A stretch of 15,631 bases of DNA, from NCBI GenBank assembly GCA_965242925.1, contig CBDEUM010000008.1, positions 1 through 15,631 on the forward strand, given 5' to 3'. This DNA is from Roseibacillus sp. Its GTDB lineage: Bacteria; Verrucomicrobiota; Verrucomicrobiia; Verrucomicrobiales; Akkermansiaceae. Positions 14,284 to 15,631 of this stretch are shown one piece after another. The number at the start of each line of letters is the position of its first letter. The first letter of the stretch is position 1. Made by a program: the position numbers and the translations under genes. Below the pieces are notes generated by a model, which searched no databases, was not told the DNA's origin, and worked only from the letters and a program-made list of their open reading frames with translations.

Positions 14284-15630
14284 TTATTCGGACTGTTCTA
14301 CCTGGTAGAACTCCCGAGCAGGGCTGGGAAGGGGAAGGTTAATCGTGTAGGACGCGCGATTCTTTGACGCCCGCACCAAGGGAAATTCATCCGTAAAGCC
14401 CTGCAGGTCGCTGCTACGTCGCACCTTGTAGAAAAGGCCACGGTGCTGGGTCCAATCGAGCCGGAACTGGGAGTTCGTTAGCTGCGTCACCGTCAACCTT
14501 GGACGTTCCTCCAGGATGCTCCCGTCGAAATACTTGATCCCAAGTTTCCAAACAGCGATCCCACACTCCGACCCCACAATCCGGCCTGGTCCGTCATCGA
14601 CTGGCACATGGATTCCTCCGTAAAGGCGCGAAATGCCCGCCTGATCCGCCGCATCATAATAGGTGGCCCATTGCAGCTCTACGTTCGTGGTTGGTCCGGC
14701 CTCGAACTCCAATTCGCCTGCCGCCACCTCGTGGGATAAAATCCCGCCCGGGAAGAATTCGCTTCCAGTGAGCCGAACAAGGACTTCAGCCGCCGCCCGG
14801 CTGAAGGTGCTGTGCCCTGAGATATACCCCGCGAAGGCGGGGGTCACGAAGGTGTCGCGTTGATAGGGAGCCCACTCTTCCGCCAGGATCCAGTCTACTC
14901 CCCCGATCTGGGTCTCGACATCAGCCGGTTCCCCCTGCCAGGCACGAACCGCAATCCTGCCGATCGCCCCCGGCCCAAGATGGGCATGCCGCTGGCCCGC
15001 CTTGGTTGTGCTGGCAGTCACCACCTCGATCAGGTCCGGCACCAAGGGCAGACCTTCCTCGTTGTAGGAGGAGCCGGCAGGGTCGCTCGACTGCCCGTGA
15101 CCGCCCATGTAGCGAATACTGCTGATCGGTCGCACGTAATCGTACTCGCGCTTGCAGGTCCAGGCCGCCACCGCCGCGTCATGCGCCGAGGCATTGATGA
15201 GGAAATACATCTTCGCGTCCCACTCAAGTTCCTCTATCACCGGACCCGTGCCCAGGAACCGCCGTTCAAAGGACGGGTGGTCAACCACTTTATTGGCAAT
15301 CACGTTCCAGTGCCCGGGAGGGGTTTCCGAGTTCGGGCCGTCCGCCCAGTGCTCCGCTATTACCCGTCCAAAATCCGCCTCGTTCACCAGATTTGGAGCG
15401 TAGGCCACGCCCGTGACCGGGTTGATTGCGTAGCCTGTCCCGTCGTTCGTTCCCAAGGGATTGTTGCCGATGGTGCCCGGTGAATAATCCTTCTGCGGAG
15501 CCTGGCCTGGATCGAGCAGGCTGCTGTAACGGATCACTTCTGCATTCCCCGCCTTGTATTCCTCGTCGCCATCGCCTTCCAGCTGCGGGGGGCCGCCCGG
15601 GTCGAAATAGAGCATCACGGCAGGCTCGCG
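14284..15630 (-). CDS. Vanadium-dependent haloperoxidase / PAP2-superfamily protein (5'-truncated by the window edge) with a C-terminal beta domain
   Basis: All three vanadate/phosphate-binding motifs are present: K-x6-RP (KREYDYVRP), YISGHSTFS and SR-x5-H-x3-D (SRLYGGIHVPVD). WADGP..ETPPGHW is also present. The frame stays open to the window end. Confidence 0.88.
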   Translation of the reverse strand, partial: REPAVMLYFDPGGPPQLEGDGDEEYKAGNAEVIRYSSLLDPGQAPQKDYSPGTIGNNPLGTNDGTGYAINPVTGVAYAPNLVNEADFGRVIAEHWADGPNSETPPGHWNVIANKVVDHPSFERRFLGTGPVIEELEWDAKMYFLINASAHDAAVAAWTCKREYDYVRPISSIRYMGGHGQSSDPAGSSYNEEGLPLVPDLIEVVTASTTKAGQRHAHLGPGAIGRIAVRAWQGEPADVETQIGGVDWILAEEWAPYQRDTFVTPAFAGYISGHSTFSRAAAEVLVRLTGSEFFPGGILSHEVAAGELEFEAGPTTNVELQWATYYDAADQAGISRLYGGIHVPVDDGPGRIVGSECGIAVWKLGIKYFDGSILEERPRLTVTQLTNSQFRLDWTQHRGLFYKVRRSSDLQGFTDEFPLVRASKNRASYTINLPLPSPAREFYQVEQSE

Positions 15631-15631
15631 A

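Noticed and set aside
11941..14308. Plus-strand ORFs of 298, 215 and 244 aa (11941-12837, 12692-13339, 13574-14308)
   Set aside because: Antisense shadows of the better-supported minus-strand genes.

Overview
GC-rich bacterial chromosomal window, probably Verrucomicrobiota. That assignment is inferred from the protein styles, the DxDGDG repeats, the C-terminal S-x-D-L/FY-x-V domain and the scarcity of Shine-Dalgarno motifs. There are 13 likely genes. On the minus strand, a co-directional run reads: secreted TSP3-repeat protein, lpdA, pseudokinase/FGE-like membrane protein, secreted beta-rich hypothetical, N-acetylmuramoyl-L-alanine amidase, nnr, HtrA/DegP protease. To the right lie a secreted plus-strand hypothetical, a two-gene unit encoding a 154-aa protein and a probable unannotated PI3K/HipA-like atypical kinase, a small lipoprotein, and a 5'-truncated vanadium-dependent haloperoxidase-family gene tightly coupled to sixA. 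I found no rRNA, tRNA, CRISPR array or mobile element. The best leads are the cryptic atypical kinase and its partner gene, the membrane pseudokinase-FGE receptor, a shared C-terminal putative sorting domain, and a G-quadruplex/direct-repeat element upstream of the amidase.
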